From Macrostomum lignano (taxonomy: Eukaryota), in assembly GCA_002269645.1 (NCBI GenBank), contig NIVC01003251.1:1-64000 (forward strand): a DNA stretch of 64,000 bases, in the 5' to 3' direction. This document shows, piece after piece, positions 12,273-40,037 of the stretch. The first letter of the stretch is position 1. Each line of letters starts with the position of its first letter. Below the pieces are notes generated by a model that saw only the letters and a program-made list of their open reading frames with translations, was not told the origin of the DNA and searched no databases. A program made the translations under genes and the position numbers.

Positions 12273-13429
12273 GCAGCTGCTAACTTAGCTTTAAGCTAAC
12301 TATGGTTCAGTTTTGACTCTCAGAGCCTGAAACAGATGTCTGCATTACATTCTATTCCTTTGATACACTCCGTGCTTCTCTTGGTCCGCAAAACATTTTC
12401 AGGTTTCTTCGAATGCCAAAGCACAGGCAAAGTAAGTTAGCAACGTCTTGTATATGCGAGTTACTGGATTATCTGGATTAATAACCAGCGTTAGTACTAC
12501 ATGTATAATAGGTTTAGGACTTTAGCTTTAGGTTGTCTCTGTCTAGCAGCAGCAGAAGCAACGGCTAAAACTGAGTATTTTACCTCGCTCTCTTAATGGT
12601 TCCCACAACCAGCACAACTAAAACCTTTATTAAAACCCAGCAAGCTTTAGTTCTATATATCCACCTCCCACTCCCACAGTAAAACCCACCCGGCACAGTC
12701 TTTCCGGTCCCAACATTTCTAAAACAGTAGTGAGTGTCGTTTAATATCGCCATTTTTCTTCTCTCTCTCTTTGTATAAAGCTGCATATGCATAAAGTGAA
12801 GCGGAGGCCCTGCTTGTGTGCAATGTTGGGTTAGTATTGTGTGGGAGTTGGGTTATAGAATGTAGTGTTTGTATGGCCTGCTTCAGTAGGGGGAGGTTAG
12901 CTGTAGGTTCAGATCTATTTGCTTTCTAGACTACTGCAAGGGCAAAACGGACGGCAAGGCGGGAGGGCAGTTGTAGGAGGACAAAGCTTTGGGTCAAATA
13001 CCCACCCCCCAGCGCCAGCCAACCGCCCTGCTCCCCCCGCCCGGGTTTTACGCCCCCAACGGCACATTGTACGGCCGGCCCAAGTGTACAGGGGCAACCC
13101 CCGCGCGCCCCCTATCCAATCTACAGAGTCTTTCCTTATCGGAAAGCCCCCACACAGCCAACCCCCTCCCTCCGCGACCCCGACCCAAAACACGAGGGGA
13201 GAGGAGAGAGGCCGGGCCGTCCCTATAAGGTAAAGGCAAGGCTGGCTAAAACTATAAAACATTTTGGGTGCTTCTCTCTAATACCATACCATATAGGACT
13301 GAGTGCTGTTTTCCGCCCTGCCTTCTACCTAAAAACTGTTTATTCTATTTCCTATTCAATAATATAAATAATTGTTACTACTTACTACTAAAGAAATCAG
13401 TTGAATTTAACAAAGTCGATCTTCAGGTC

Positions 13430-24638
<11,209 letters not shown>

Positions 24639-25469
24639 CTCACTGACTGACCAGTGTGTTTTCTCTGTATTCCTAGCTGCTTTTTGTAAGACTTATTGTT
24701 AAACTACTGAGTTGCCGTGACGAATTAAACAAAATTATAAATATATAGTATATTTTTCTTATTATTGCTGCTGCCAAAAACATTAACTAATTTGCTTTTT
24801 TGTGTACACGATTGAATCTATCAGTTATATTATATTTATTATTATATACTATGCACAAATCAATACTGCAATAGTTCCCAAATAAAATAGACTTTTGTAC
24901 ACACTGCTACTGTCCTTAATCTCATGTGTGTGTGTGTGTGTGTGTGTCTACCCACCATTAACCTGTTTATTGAACTTTGCGCCAAAAAAAGACATCTTCA
25001 AACGCCAATGGTTCTTTGTGACACTTACAAATTAGTAAGCTTTATCTGTTTAAATTGTGTTTGAACTCCCAAAATTGTGTTTGTTATTGCTTGCTGCTGT
25101 TTTTTTCTGCTTCTAAAAGCATCCCAATCTGTCTGTTTTGTAGTATCTGTTCCCGGCTCTTGTTGCCTGTTCCTTTTGTTTAATATATTCGTTTTTACAG
25201 TTTCCTATTGTACAAAATTTTTATTTTGCATTACAATATGCGAAATATGCGAAGAATGAATAAATAATCACAATGCAAATTGTTGTCCAGATGGCAACTG
25301 TTGCTGCCTGTTTGACCCGCGGCGTCCCTGGGGGCATTTCGCAGTCAGCTTCTTCATTATGCCGATAAAATCCATTGTATTTGCTTCTTTTGGCGTTATT
25401 TCATTTGGGTTTATTTAGCTCATGTAAGTAAGAAAAATTTAGACTTGGCTATCCACTGACACCCTCCAA

Positions 25470-25880
25470 GATCCTCAGTTGCTGGGCCAGCCTTCCAGAT
25501 GCTCAGTTGCTGTGCCAGCCTCCCAGATCCTCAGTTGCTGGGCCAGCCTCCCAGATCCTCAGTTGCTGGGCCAGCCTCCCAGATCCTCAGTTGCTGGTCC
25601 AGCCTCCCAGATCCTCAGTTGCTGGTCCACCAGCCTTCCAGATCCTCAGTTGCTGGTCCACCAGCCTTCCAGATCCCCAGTTGCTGGTCCACCAGCCTCC
25701 CAGATCCTCAGTTGCTGGGCCAGCCTCCCAGATCCTCAGTTGCTGGGCCAGCCTCCCAGATCCTCAGTTGCTGAGCCAGCCTCCCAGATCCTCCAGCCTC
25801 CCAGATCCTCAGTTGCTGAGCCAGCCTCCCAGATCCTCCAGCCTCCCAGATCCTCAGTTGCTGGGCTAGCCTCCCAGATC
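25470..25880. repeat. ~28-bp minisatellite (GCCTCCCAGATCCTCAGTTGCTGGGCCA)n
   Basis: Directly visible. Confidence 0.92.
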
Positions 25881-26524
25881 CCCAGATTCTGTGCCGCCGA
25901 CGAATAGGCAATAAAAATGATTCAGATTTAGCATGTACATTTGCCAATACCGCAGCTGATAATCCACCAGCTTTTGAGGGAGCAGCTGCTGCGTTGTCAC
26001 ACAAAATATTACCATCATGGCTTAGTCACACTGCTTACTACACAAAGCGTAACGCATAGGATATATCAGTTGAATGAGTCGAGGAAAATCCCGTGCTAAA
26101 AATAGAACAAATGCTGCGCAGACTACAGTTGGGGGGTCGCGTATTGGTTTGTAGCAGTGAGTCACAGGGGCCGGGGGGCTGTCTCAGTACTGTAGGTCAA
26201 GGGAATTCGGATGAATGGTCTTGAATGGGCCTAGTAGCAGTAGCTATGCTATTACCATACTGACATTATTAGTATGCACTGCGCAGTGTTGTGCGTGTAG
26301 GAATTAACCAATATGCTGGTTCGAATTGAATAATCCTGAAAGGGTAAGGAAACAGAAAGATGGATGGGACGGACAGATGCTGTAGGCTCTAATAGAGAAT
26401 AATTATAGTTGGAGCTAAAAATAGAATTTCGTCATAGATTGTACTTGAAGTGGGGCATCGACAGTAGGACAAAGGCTAAAGCCCGTATGGTTAGACTAAT
26501 CTCTGTGATTCAGGCATGCGTTAA

Positions 26525-26990
26525 GGAGAGGAGAGAAGATTAAAATGTAGGAGAAAGAATAGAGAGTCGAGAAGAGAATGCAGACGAAACAGGAGACAGG
26601 AGAGAGGTGAGCAGAGAGAAGTGAGTCGAGAGAATAGAGTGGAGAGAGGAAAGAGGAGAGAGAGGAGAGGGGAGAGAGAAGAGAAGATAGGGGAGACGGC
26701 AGAGAGGAGAGAGGAGAGGGGTGAGGGGAGAGGAGAGGGGAAAGAGAAGAGGGTTAAGGGAAGAGAGGAGAGGGAAGAGGGGAGAGAGGAGAAGTGAGAG
26801 GGGAGAGAGGAGAGAGCAGAGAGAAGAGAGGAGAGGGCAGAGATGTGAGGGAAGAGAAAACAGAGAAGAAAACATATGAGGGGAAGGAAAGAATGAAGTG
26901 AGAAGAGAGAGGAAAGAAAAAAGAGAAAAGAGAGAAGATAAGGGAGGAGATCTTAGAGGTGAGAGGGAGAGTCAGGAAAAGAGAAAGTGA
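26525..26990. repeat. Polypurine low-complexity tract (GA-rich)
   Basis: Directly visible. Confidence 0.88.
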
Positions 26991-27544
26991 TGCGGGGACA
27001 CCAGTAATCCGAAGATCGTACATGTACTTGAGATTAAATTATTAAAGTTTCCAAGAAATCGCAATTTTAGGCAATCCCAATGTCATTGAAATGATATTTC
27101 ATCAGCACAGGGCACTGGCACATGGATCCGCTATACTCGTATACTGCTCATTAATCTTTTCGCAAATTTCACATTCTGTCTTTATGGTTCATGCAATCAT
27201 GAAGTGAAGAAAGTTCTTTATCAGATATTTGTGTTTTTTCTGTTCCAAAAGTAGCTGTTTTACCACGAGGGTTACGAGGGTAAGCGGCCATGCAGTGACA
27301 GCTGCAAGTGACATGTAAAGCTGGAAGGTTGCAAGAGTCACCTGATTACTGTCACTTGTGGTGAACCAAATTTTTCAGAGGCTACTTAAGTGGCGTAATA
27401 AGTGGCTTTTTTGCTCATGAGAGCCGAGTTGGGCAAACTTACTCAAACCTGCGATTGGTTGGCACCAAATACTCCGGTAAGAACGCGAATCAACTTTTTA
27501 CGAGCTAATCCAGTTATTTTTTCATGCATAAGGTTTTCTTCGTC

Positions 27545-28585
27545 AGGTGAAGTCCCTGTCTAACAGGTAAAGTCCCTGTCTAGCAGGTGAGGTCCCTGTC
27601 TAGCAGGTGAAGTCCCTGTCTAGCAGGTGAGGTCCCTGTCTAGCAGGTGAGGTCCCTGTCTAGCAGGTGAGGTCCCTCCCTAGCAGTTGAGGTCCCTGTC
27701 TAGCAGGTGAGGTCCCTCCCTAGCAGTTGAGGTCCCTGTCTAGCAGGTGAGGTCCCTGTCTAGCAGGTGAAGTCCCTGTCTAGCAGGTGAAGTCCCTGTC
27801 TAGCAAGTGAGGTCCCTGTCTGGCAGGTGAGGTCCCTGTCTGGCAGGTGAAGTCCCTGTCTAGCAGGTGAAGTCCCTGTCTAGCAGGTGAGGTCCCTGTC
27901 TGGCAGGTGAGGTCCCTGTCTGGCAGGTGAGGTCCCTGTCTAGCAGGTGAAGTCCCTGTCTAGCAGGTGAAGTCCCTGTCTAGCAGGTGAAGTCCCTGTC
28001 TTGCAGGTGAAGTCCCTGTCTAGCAGGTGAGGTCCCTGTCTAGCAGGTGAGGTCCCTGTCTAGCAGGTAAAGTCCCTGTCTTAACAATCAAACAAGTAAA
28101 GTCCCTGTCTAACAGGTAAAGTCCCTGTCTAGCAGGTGAAGTCCCTGTCTAGCAGGTGAGGTCCCTGTCTGGCAGGTGAGGTCCCTGTCTGGCAGGTGAG
28201 GTCCCTGTCTAGCAGGTGAAGTCCCTGTCTAGCAGGTGAGGTCCCTGTCTGGCAGGTGAAGTCCCTGTCTAGCAGGTGAGGTCGCTGTCTAGCAGGTGAG
28301 GTCCCTGTCTAGCAGGTGAAGTCCCTGTCTAGCAGGTGAGGTCGCTGTCTAGCAGGTAAAGTCCCTGTCTAGCCAGTTGAAGTCCCTGTCTTAACAATCA
28401 AACAGGTAAAGTCCCTGTCTAACAGGTAAAGTCCCTGTCTAGCAGGTGAGGTCCCTGTCTAGCAGGTGAAGTCCCTGTCTAACAATCAAACAGGTAAAGT
28501 CCCTGTCTAACAGGTAAAGTCCCTGTCTAGCAGGTGAGGTCCCTGTCTAACAGAGAAGGTCTTTGTCTAACAAGTAAAGTCCCTG
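27545..28585. repeat. 20-bp minisatellite (AGGTGA(A/G)GTCCCTGTCTAGC)n
   Basis: About 50 copies, directly upstream of AP-A. Confidence 0.95.
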
Positions 28586-28803
28586 TCAAATAAGTAAAGG
28601 TCTGTAGACGTTAGGTAGTCAAAAATTCGCAAGTAACTTAATGGATGTTAAATTTGGTCTTTCTCAAATAAACTTAGTTTTAAGAGTTAGATTAAAGCTC
28701 GATTATAGTACTGTTAGTATACATGTAGGTATAGTAATTCGCGGTTGCAAGAATACGCCTTCAAATTTCCTATTAACACTTGCTTCAGAAAAGAGGGAAG
28801 ACG

Positions 28804-31800
28804 ATGCAGGATCAAAGATCAACAAGAGGACTACTCCTAGCGGCCTTGTTTCTGCTGACAATATTCTCAAACAAAGTGAGTTGTAAGCAGCCAAAGCTCT
28901 ATCCGCAACCAAACTACGAAACTAAGGAGTACTGGACCAGGTGAGTCGTTTTGCAGTTCCTTCTAGCCCCAAATGAATATGGTCAAGCACGGCGTCTACA
29001 TGTGGATGGTGTCCAGATGTCGCGCATATTCTTGAGTCTCCCCTCGTCCCCAGGGATGCCCAGCAGTCCATGGACCGGGCCTCGCGGGTGCTGCAGCAGC
29101 TGCGCTACTCCGCCAAAAACGTCATTCTGTTTATCGGCGACGGCATGGGCGTCAGCACGGTGACAGCCGGCCGGATTCTCAAAGGCCAGCTCAAGAACTC
29201 GTCGGGCGAAGAGGCGTCGCTAGCGTTTGACGAGTTCGACCATGCAGGACTGATCAGGACGTACAACATGGACAGGCAGACACCCGACAGTGCGTCCACT
29301 GCGACCGCCTTCATGTGCGGTGTGAAGACAAACGGCTACATGCTTGGGGTGAACCAGGATGCAAAGCTGGGCAGCTGTTCGACTTACGATAGCCGACAGC
29401 ACGACGTGGTGTCGTTTCTGAAGTTCGCCTCCGAGCAGGTGAGCGTCCAGAGCGGTATTCTTGTAGGGTTGTTGGGATGATTGTTGTAGGGTTGTTGGGA
29501 TGATTGCTGTAGGGCTGTTGGGGTGATTGTTGTAGGGTTGTTGGGGTGATTGTTGTAGGGTTTTTGGGGTGATTGTTGTAGGGCTGTTGGGGGTGACTGT
29601 TGTAGGGTTGCTGGGGTGATTGTTGTAGGTCTGTTGGGGGTGACTGTTGTAGGGTTGTTGGGGTGATTGTTGTAGGGCTGTTGGGGTGATTTTTCTGGGT
29701 AATTCTAGCTGGATAGCTCTCTTTCTCTCCCTAATCTCCTCTTCAGGGCAAGGCCACTGGTGTGCTCACCACGGACCGCCTGACGGGCGCAACACCAGCC
29801 CCAGCCTACGCCAGCTCCGTCAGCCGCCAGTGGCAGGACGACACCGACCGAAACACGGACGACTCGAGCCCGGACTCGCCTGAGCAGCGACGTCGTTGCC
29901 CCGACATCGCCACCCAGCTGGTCGATCGGGCCGTCAATTTCACCGTCCTAATGGGCGGCGGTCGGCTCAAACTGCTGCCGAAAAATGTCACCACAATGGA
30001 CCAGTTTGGCGGCGTTCAGGTGAACGGCACACGCTCCGACGGCATCAACCTGGTGGAGCGCTGGAGCAGCTTGCAGCGGCAGCTCGGCCGGCGCCCAGTC
30101 TACGTGGAAACAGCCGAGGAGCTGAGAAATCTTCGTGCAGATCAAGCCGACTCAGTTCTGGGTCTCCTATCAACCAAGAAGATGCGGTATCACTCGACAA
30201 ATATTCGTTCTGAGGGTTACCGTGAGCCCAGCTTAGCCGATATGACTCGGAAAGCTCTGGAAGTTCTGCGCAAGAATTCCAACGGTTTCGCTCTGATGGT
30301 TGAGGGCGCCCGAATCGACAGCGGTCACCATGCCAACCAGGCCCAGCGGGCTCTCTACGATGTCCTAGCATTCGACGAAGCTGTCCAAGTGGCTACTGAG
30401 ATGACTAGCATTGAGGACACCCTGATAGTTGTGTCTGCAGATCATAGTCACGTTTTCACTATCGGTCACTATGGTTACAGAGGCCAGCCTATTCTTGGAA
30501 AGATGGTTAGCAAGAGTAGCGACGGCTCGCTGCAGTACGAAGTGGCTCCCGACAACATTGAGAAGACCGTGGCCAGCTACAGCGATGGGCCGAGCGCCAA
30601 GCCGAATCAGCCGCGACCGAACATCACTGAGGATGTGCCTGAGGAGAAGGAAAAATACAGGTGACTGCCTTGGATGCAAAGTGGTAGAGAGGCGCCAAAA
30701 CAGACACAGAGAGGGGCGCTAAAATAGACACAGAGTGAGGCGCTAAAATAGACAGAGAGTGAGGCGCTAAAATAGACACAGAGTGAGGCGCTAAAATAGA
30801 CATAGAGAGAGGCGCTAAAATAGACACAGAGTGAGGCGCTAAAATAGACAGAGAGGGGCGCTAAAACAGACACAGAGAGGGGCGCTAAAACAGAGACAGA
30901 GAGAGGCGCTAAAACAGACACAGAGAGGGGCGCTAAAATAGACACAGAGTGAGGCGCTAAAATAGACATAGAGAGAGGCGCTAAAATAGACACAGAGTGA
31001 GGCGCTAAAATAGACAGAGAGGGGCGCTAAAACAGACACAGAGAGGGGCGCTAAAACAGAGACAGAGAGAGGCGCTAAAACAGACACAGAGAGGGGCGCT
31101 AAAATAGACACAGAGTGAGGCGCTAAAATAGACATAGAGAGAGGCGCTAAAATAGACACAGAGTGAGGCGCTAAAATAGACAGAGAGGGGCGCTAAAACA
31201 GACACAGAGAGGGGCGCTAAAACAGAGACAGAGAGAGGCGCTAAAACAGACACAGAGAGGGGCGCTAAAATAGACACAGACAGAGGCGCTAAAACAGAGA
31301 CAGAGAGAGGCGCTAAAACAGACACAGAGAGGGGCGCTAAAATAGACACAGACAGAGGCGCTAAAACAGAGAAAGAGAGAGGCGCTAAAACAGACACAGA
31401 GAGAGGCGCCAAAACAGATAGAGAGAGAGGCGCCAAAACTGACACATAGAGAGGCGCCAAAACTGACACAGAGAGAGGCGCCAAAACAGATAGAGAGAGA
31501 GGCGCCAAAACTGACACAGAGAGAGGCGCCAAAACAGACACAGAAAGAGGCGCTAAAATAGACAGAGAGAGAGGCGCTAAAACAGACACAGAGAGGGGCG
31601 CTAAAACAGAGAAAGAGAGAGGCGCTAAAACAGACACAGAGAGAGGCGCCAAAACAGATAGAGAGAGAGGCGCCAAAACTGACACATAGAGAGGCGCCAA
31701 AACTGACACAGAGAGAGGCGCCAAAACAGATAGAGAGAGAGGCGCCAAAACTGACACAGAGAGAGGCGCCAAAACAGACACAGAAAGAGGCGCTAAAATA

Positions 31801-33014
31801 GACAGAGAGAGAGGCGCTAAAACAGACACAGAGAGGGGCGCTAAAATAGACATAGAGAGAGGCGCTAAAATAGACACAGAGTGAGGCGCTAAAATAGACA
31901 TAGAGAGAGGCGCTAAAACAGACACAGAGAGAGGCGCTAAAACAGACACAGAGAGGGGCGCTAAAATAGACACAGACAGAGGCGCTAAAACAGAGACAGA
32001 GAGAGGCGCTAAAATAGACAGAGAGGGGCGCTAAAATAGACACAGACAGAGGCGCTAAAACAGAGACAGAGAGAGGCGCTAAAACAGACACAGAGAGGGG
32101 CGCTAAAATAGACACAGACAGAGGCGCTAAAACAGAGACAGAGAGAGGCGCTAAAACAGACACAGAGAGGGGCGCTAAAATAGACACAGACAGAGGCGCT
32201 AAAACAGAGAAAGAGAGAGGCGCTAAAACAGACACAGACAGAGGCGCCACAACAGATAGAGAGAGAGGCGCCAAAACTGACACATAGAGAGGCGCCAAAA
32301 CTGACACAGAGAGAGGCGCCAAAACAGATAGAGAGAGAGGCGCCAAAACTGACACAGAGAGAGGCGCCAAAACAGACACAGAGAGAGGCGCTAAAATAGA
32401 CAGAGAGAGGCGCTAAAATAGGCACAGAGAGGGGCGCTAAAATAGACAGAGAGAGGCGCTAAAACAGACACAGAGAGGCGCTAAAACAGACACAGAGAGA
32501 GGCGCCAAAACAGACACAGAGAGAGAGGTGCCAAAACAGACACAGAGAGAGGCGCCAAAACAGACAGAGAGAGGCGCTAAAACAGACGCAGAGAAGGCGT
32601 CTAATCCAGGCATACTTACGACAGAAGTATCTACACGGATCAAGCGGCTCTCACAAAGTGCTATCTTACTAAAACAAAAATTCCCTACCCTTTAATATTC
32701 CCAGATACCCAGCCCTGGTGCCGCGCCATTCTGAATCGCATTCAGCCGAAGACGTGGCGCTATTCGCTCGGGGCCCGGGCGCCCACCTGTTCCAAAGCGT
32801 GCACCAGCAGTCCTACATTGGTCACGTGATCATGAAGGCCGGCTGTCTCGGCTGGTATGCTCGGACTGGAAATTGTCTGCAAGACCCCGAGTCTGCCACC
32901 AGTGCGGCAACTGTTGATCCCCGCACTACCGCGAATGGTGCGACATCGACTGGTTTGAGCAAAGCTGCTTTGTCAATCGTTTTGTGCTGTCTCATGCTTT
33001 TGCAGCAACTTTAA
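28804..33014 (+). CDS. Alkaline phosphatase A (secreted, GPI-anchor-like tail), 581 aa; exons 28804-28940, 29054-29438, 29747-30660, 32705-33014
   Basis: Signal peptide MQDQRSTRGLLLAALFLLTIFS. Motifs KNVILFIGDGMG, PDSASTATA (catalytic Ser), EGARIDSGHH, SADHSH, SHSAEDV; hydrophobic C-terminus. All introns GT-AG with matching phases (1746 nt total). Confidence 0.9.
29460..29690. repeat. ~23-bp GT-rich minisatellite filling AP-A intron 2
   Basis: (GGGTTGTTGGGGTGATTGTTGTA)n. Confidence 0.9.
30685..32595. repeat. ~24-bp minisatellite (GGCGCTAAAA(T/C)AGACACAGAGAG)n filling AP-A intron 3
   Basis: About 1.9 kb with higher-order variant blocks. Confidence 0.95.
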
Positions 33015-33129
33015 TATTGTTTACCTCATCTCAATTCAGACTTGACATGAATCTATTATGGACTGATTTTGATTTTAATTTGACTTCTGTTAAAATAAGC
33101 TTAAGATTTAAGGCTTCATGATTCTGATA

Positions 33130-33554
33130 GAGCGGAGAGGCAGATTCTCAAGGAGTCTGAGTGAGTGATGGAGCGGAGAGGCAGATTCTCAAGGAGTCTG
33201 AGTGAGTGATGGAGCGGAGAGGCAGATTCTCAAGGAGTCTGAGTGAGTGATGGAGCGGAGAGGCAGATTCTCAAGGAGTCTGAGTGAGTGATGGAGCGGA
33301 GAGGCAGATTCTCAAGGAGTCTGAGTGAGTGATGGAGCGGAGAGGCAGATTCTCAAGGAGTCTGAGTGAGTGATGGAGCGGAGAGGCAGATTCTCAAGGA
33401 GTCTGAGTGAGTGATGGAGCGGAGAGGCAGATTCTCAAGGAGTCTGAGTGAGTGATGGAGCGGAGAGGCAGATTCTCAAGGAGTCTGAGTGAGTGATGGA
33501 GCGGAGAGGCAGATTCTCAAGGAGTCTGAGTGAGTGATGGAGCGGAGAGGCAGG
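33130..33554. repeat. 41-bp tandem repeat, ~10 identical copies
   Basis: GAGCGGAGAGGCAGATTCTCAAGGAGTCTGAGTGAGTGATG; period 41 (33130, 33171...). Confidence 0.95.
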
Positions 33555-34014
33555 TTTAAATTCTATAATAAGGTTACTGTCTGCTAAAAACATGCACGTT
33601 GAAACTTGCACCCATAAATTTTACCAATTTTTTTAACGTTTTCATGGTTTTATTCGCCTTGCTTATCGCCCTGTTAAAATTTTAAAATACAGTCGAAGAA
33701 ACGAGCAACCGAAAATAGAAAAGCTACATATTTCAAAACGTTTGCGGCTTAATCAAATTATTTTTAACCAAATCAAAAGAAAAAATAATGAAAGTAAAGT
33801 CAAGAGAAAGATAGCATTTTCGCCTATCCATGTATCACGCACCTAAAAATGATAAAGAAGTAGTGACTGAAATGAAAACTATTAAAAGATTTTTTGAAAC
33901 GCCTTAAAAGAGAAGAAATGAAATTCAAAATTAAGTGTCGCCTTCGGATTCACCATACAAGCAAATATATGGAGATTGGTGAGAATTGTTCTGTACCATT
34001 TGGTCCTGAGCAAC

Positions 34015-34340
34015 AATAGATACTTCACTGGATACATCACTAAATACTTCACTAGATACTTCACTAGATACTTCACTAGATACTTCACTAGATATTTCAC
34101 TAGATACTTCACTAGATACTTCACTAGATACTTCACTAGATACTTCACTAGATACTTCATTAGATACTTCACCAGATACTTCACTAGATACTTTACTACA
34201 TACTAGATACTTCACTAGATACTTTACTAGACCACTAGATGCTTCACTGGATAATTCACTAGATACTTCACTAGATACTTCACTACATACTTCACTAGAT
34301 ACTTCACTAGATACTTTACTAGATATTTCACTAGATACGA
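34015..34340. repeat. 12-bp minisatellite (GATACTTCACTA)n
   Basis: Directly visible, just upstream of AP-B. Confidence 0.93.
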
Positions 34341-34424
34341 GCTACTTAGACAGGTAACACTTTTTTGTTGCAGAATAAATCAAAGAACTTTTGGCGGAAG
34401 AAACTTTTTAACATTTACTTTAAA

Positions 34425-37826
<3,402 letters not shown>

Positions 37827-38066
37827 CATGGTTATAAACCACACTACTTCGAATCCCTTCAGTTCAATTTTGACGTGTTTAATTAGGACACCATCAGCAA
37901 TGATGATTCAGAAAGTTCAATCGATATTAACAAATATTGATAAAAAACCGAATAAATCATTTTTCTGCTGTTTAAAGCTTCACTTTTTCTAATATTGCTA
38001 CCATGTAAACGTAGTGATAGCAACATAATAATATTAATAATAATAATTGATTACACCTGCCCTAAT

Positions 38067-38524
38067 GGGCGCCGTAGGCACTCATTTTGACGCCGCAGGC
38101 ACTCATTTTAGCGCTGCAGGCACTCATTTTAGCGCCGCAGGCACTCATTTTAGCGCTGCAGGCACTCATTTTAGCGCCGCAGGCACTCATTTTTGCGCCA
38201 CAGGCACTCATTGCCTCATGGTTTTTGGTACCCGCCGCGCCCAACCCCACCCACCCCCCAGCCCCAGGCGATTGGGGGGGGCCGCGGCCCCCGGCCCCCC
38301 TCTTGGCTACGCCACTGGGGGGCGGTATGTTCATGGAGGAAACGTTCGATCAATTCAATATGAGATCAGTGACTACGGCGCTAAAATGAGTGCCTGCGGC
38401 GCTAAAATGAGTGCCTGCGGCGCTAAAATGAGTGCCTGCGGCGCCAAAAGTGGCAATGGCATAAGGCATGGCCAGCCAGACCAACCCGCCCCCCCCCCAA
38501 TTGAAATTCCTGGCTACGCCACTG
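38067..38524. repeat. Two oppositely oriented arrays of the 21-bp GCTAAAATGAGTGCCTGCGGC unit around a GC-rich core; probable MITE remnants
   Basis: Reverse array ~38075-38212 and forward array ~38376-38445; each is followed by GGCTACGCCACTG (38305-38317, 38512-38524). Confidence 0.7.
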
Positions 38525-39129
38525 CCGCCCCCACACGTCGTATTCCTCATAGTGACAATTATGTACCTTGGATTGCTACAGGAGCCCTCTTTAATGCAAA
38601 TATTGTGTCTAGTGTCATTGCGCTCATATCTACACATATAGGCTGTATAGGCAACATCAATGTCCTTCTCAATAGCCTTCAAGTATTCCGCTTTTAGAGC
38701 TGTCTTTGGCTCAATGATTTCAAGATGCAGCTCCACATCAGCTAGTTTAAGCTTAGTTTCAGCTCCTTTCCAAATTCCTTAATCTCGATCATCTCTAGTC
38801 CACCTAAAAGTGTAGCTAAAGTTACGTGTCAATCGATTGAAGCTACATGTATTACGGAAATCACTCATAAATATCAAGGGTACAAAAATATCTACGGACC
38901 TAAACAGTGGATTATCAAACAATTTTTTAAACAGTAGGAACCAAACTGATTACTTCAAATTATGCTCAGCAACATAAAAAATTCGCCATCACAGAAGATT
39001 CCGTCTGTGGTAGCCACTTTTCAGAGTGCAGGTAAAGTCTCTCAACCTTTGCGAGTGACGCAACTCAGCTACGCCGCGGTAGACTTGAGTTGAGGAATGA
39101 AGTGGGGGGGAGCGATGTGCATTATCGCT

Positions 39130-39420
39130 ATGAATGATCGATAACAGGAACCGGACAGTGTACAGCGCCACTGTCCAAGGCATCAACGAATGGTGGAAAG
39201 TGCGAATGGCGGCTCCAGCTTTCGTGGTCTACCTCACCATCTCGTACAACGGGCTCGTCAGGCCCGAATGGCTCAATGCCTTTAAGCCCGTTGACAGCGT
39301 CGAGTGCAACCGGGTGAGCCTGACAGAGTCGTTCTCCATCGCCAGCTTCCTCTGCAACGCTCGAGTTGTCAATCAGTTGAACAATCGTCTTGTTATCTGC
39401 GAGGTCGAGGTCGAACGAGT
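39130..39420 (+). pseudogene. Degenerate F-type-lectin-like exon (paralogue of 40038 and 48655 genes)
   Basis: NRTVYSATVQGINEWWKVRMAAPAFVVYLTI...VECNRVSLTESFSIA.F.CNARVVNQLNNRLVICEVE aligns to the neighbours. It has internal deletions, a diverged end and no recognisable exon 1. Confidence 0.7.
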
Positions 39421-40037
39421 ATTTCGAGTACAACAAATTTCAGAGGAAAACAGAGAAATTCTTCATCAGTAGCCTGCTATACCAGATGGGAAAGCACCCT
39501 TTCTTTGCCTCATCGACAGTCCGTTTGAAATAATATTTAAACAGTGTGATAAACGCAAACACTTAATAAAAATCTCTGCAGCAATTGACAACGATAGATT
39601 GACTCATGTCCTGTTGGCTCTTCATGCCTGTCCATTAAATCGAGAGCTCCATATTTGCTGAGTTTTGCAACCCAGCCAACTTCTTCACTTCTACTTCAAT
39701 TTAACTAGTTAAGGTGTCATAAGCTAGAGGAATATTTCCCACCTACCCATGCTGAAGCGCTTCTGAAGTTGACAGAAGCATCGAACACTGAGGCATCACG
39801 TAGGAACTAGAAAGCTGTTAGGTAAACTTGACAAGCACTCTATCAAGTCTTAAAAATAATTTAAAATCATTATTTGTCAAGCACTGAAATTCGTCACTCC
39901 ATTGGAGTGGCACCATCGGATGCGATAAGTCTATTTATTTGAGGTAAAATAATCGAGCGAAAGACGGCGGTAGAGAGCGGAGATTCCGGGATCTGGCAAA
40001 AAACACAAACTTAACGCCTGACGAAAGCAAGCAGCAA

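Noticed and set aside
3687-12299. Long ORFs with periodic peptides (IRDQI, SACGAKM, GSHRDKT, GHCLSSVT)
   Set aside because: They are translations of stop-free minisatellites with no splice or domain context.
28641-28886. 81-aa ORF upstream of AP-A
   Set aside because: It overlaps the true signal-peptide exon, which is in another frame starting at ATG 28804.
33130-33554. CRISPR-like array
   Set aside because: The repeats are contiguous with no unique spacers, there are no cas genes, and the context is eukaryotic. The same applies to all other arrays.
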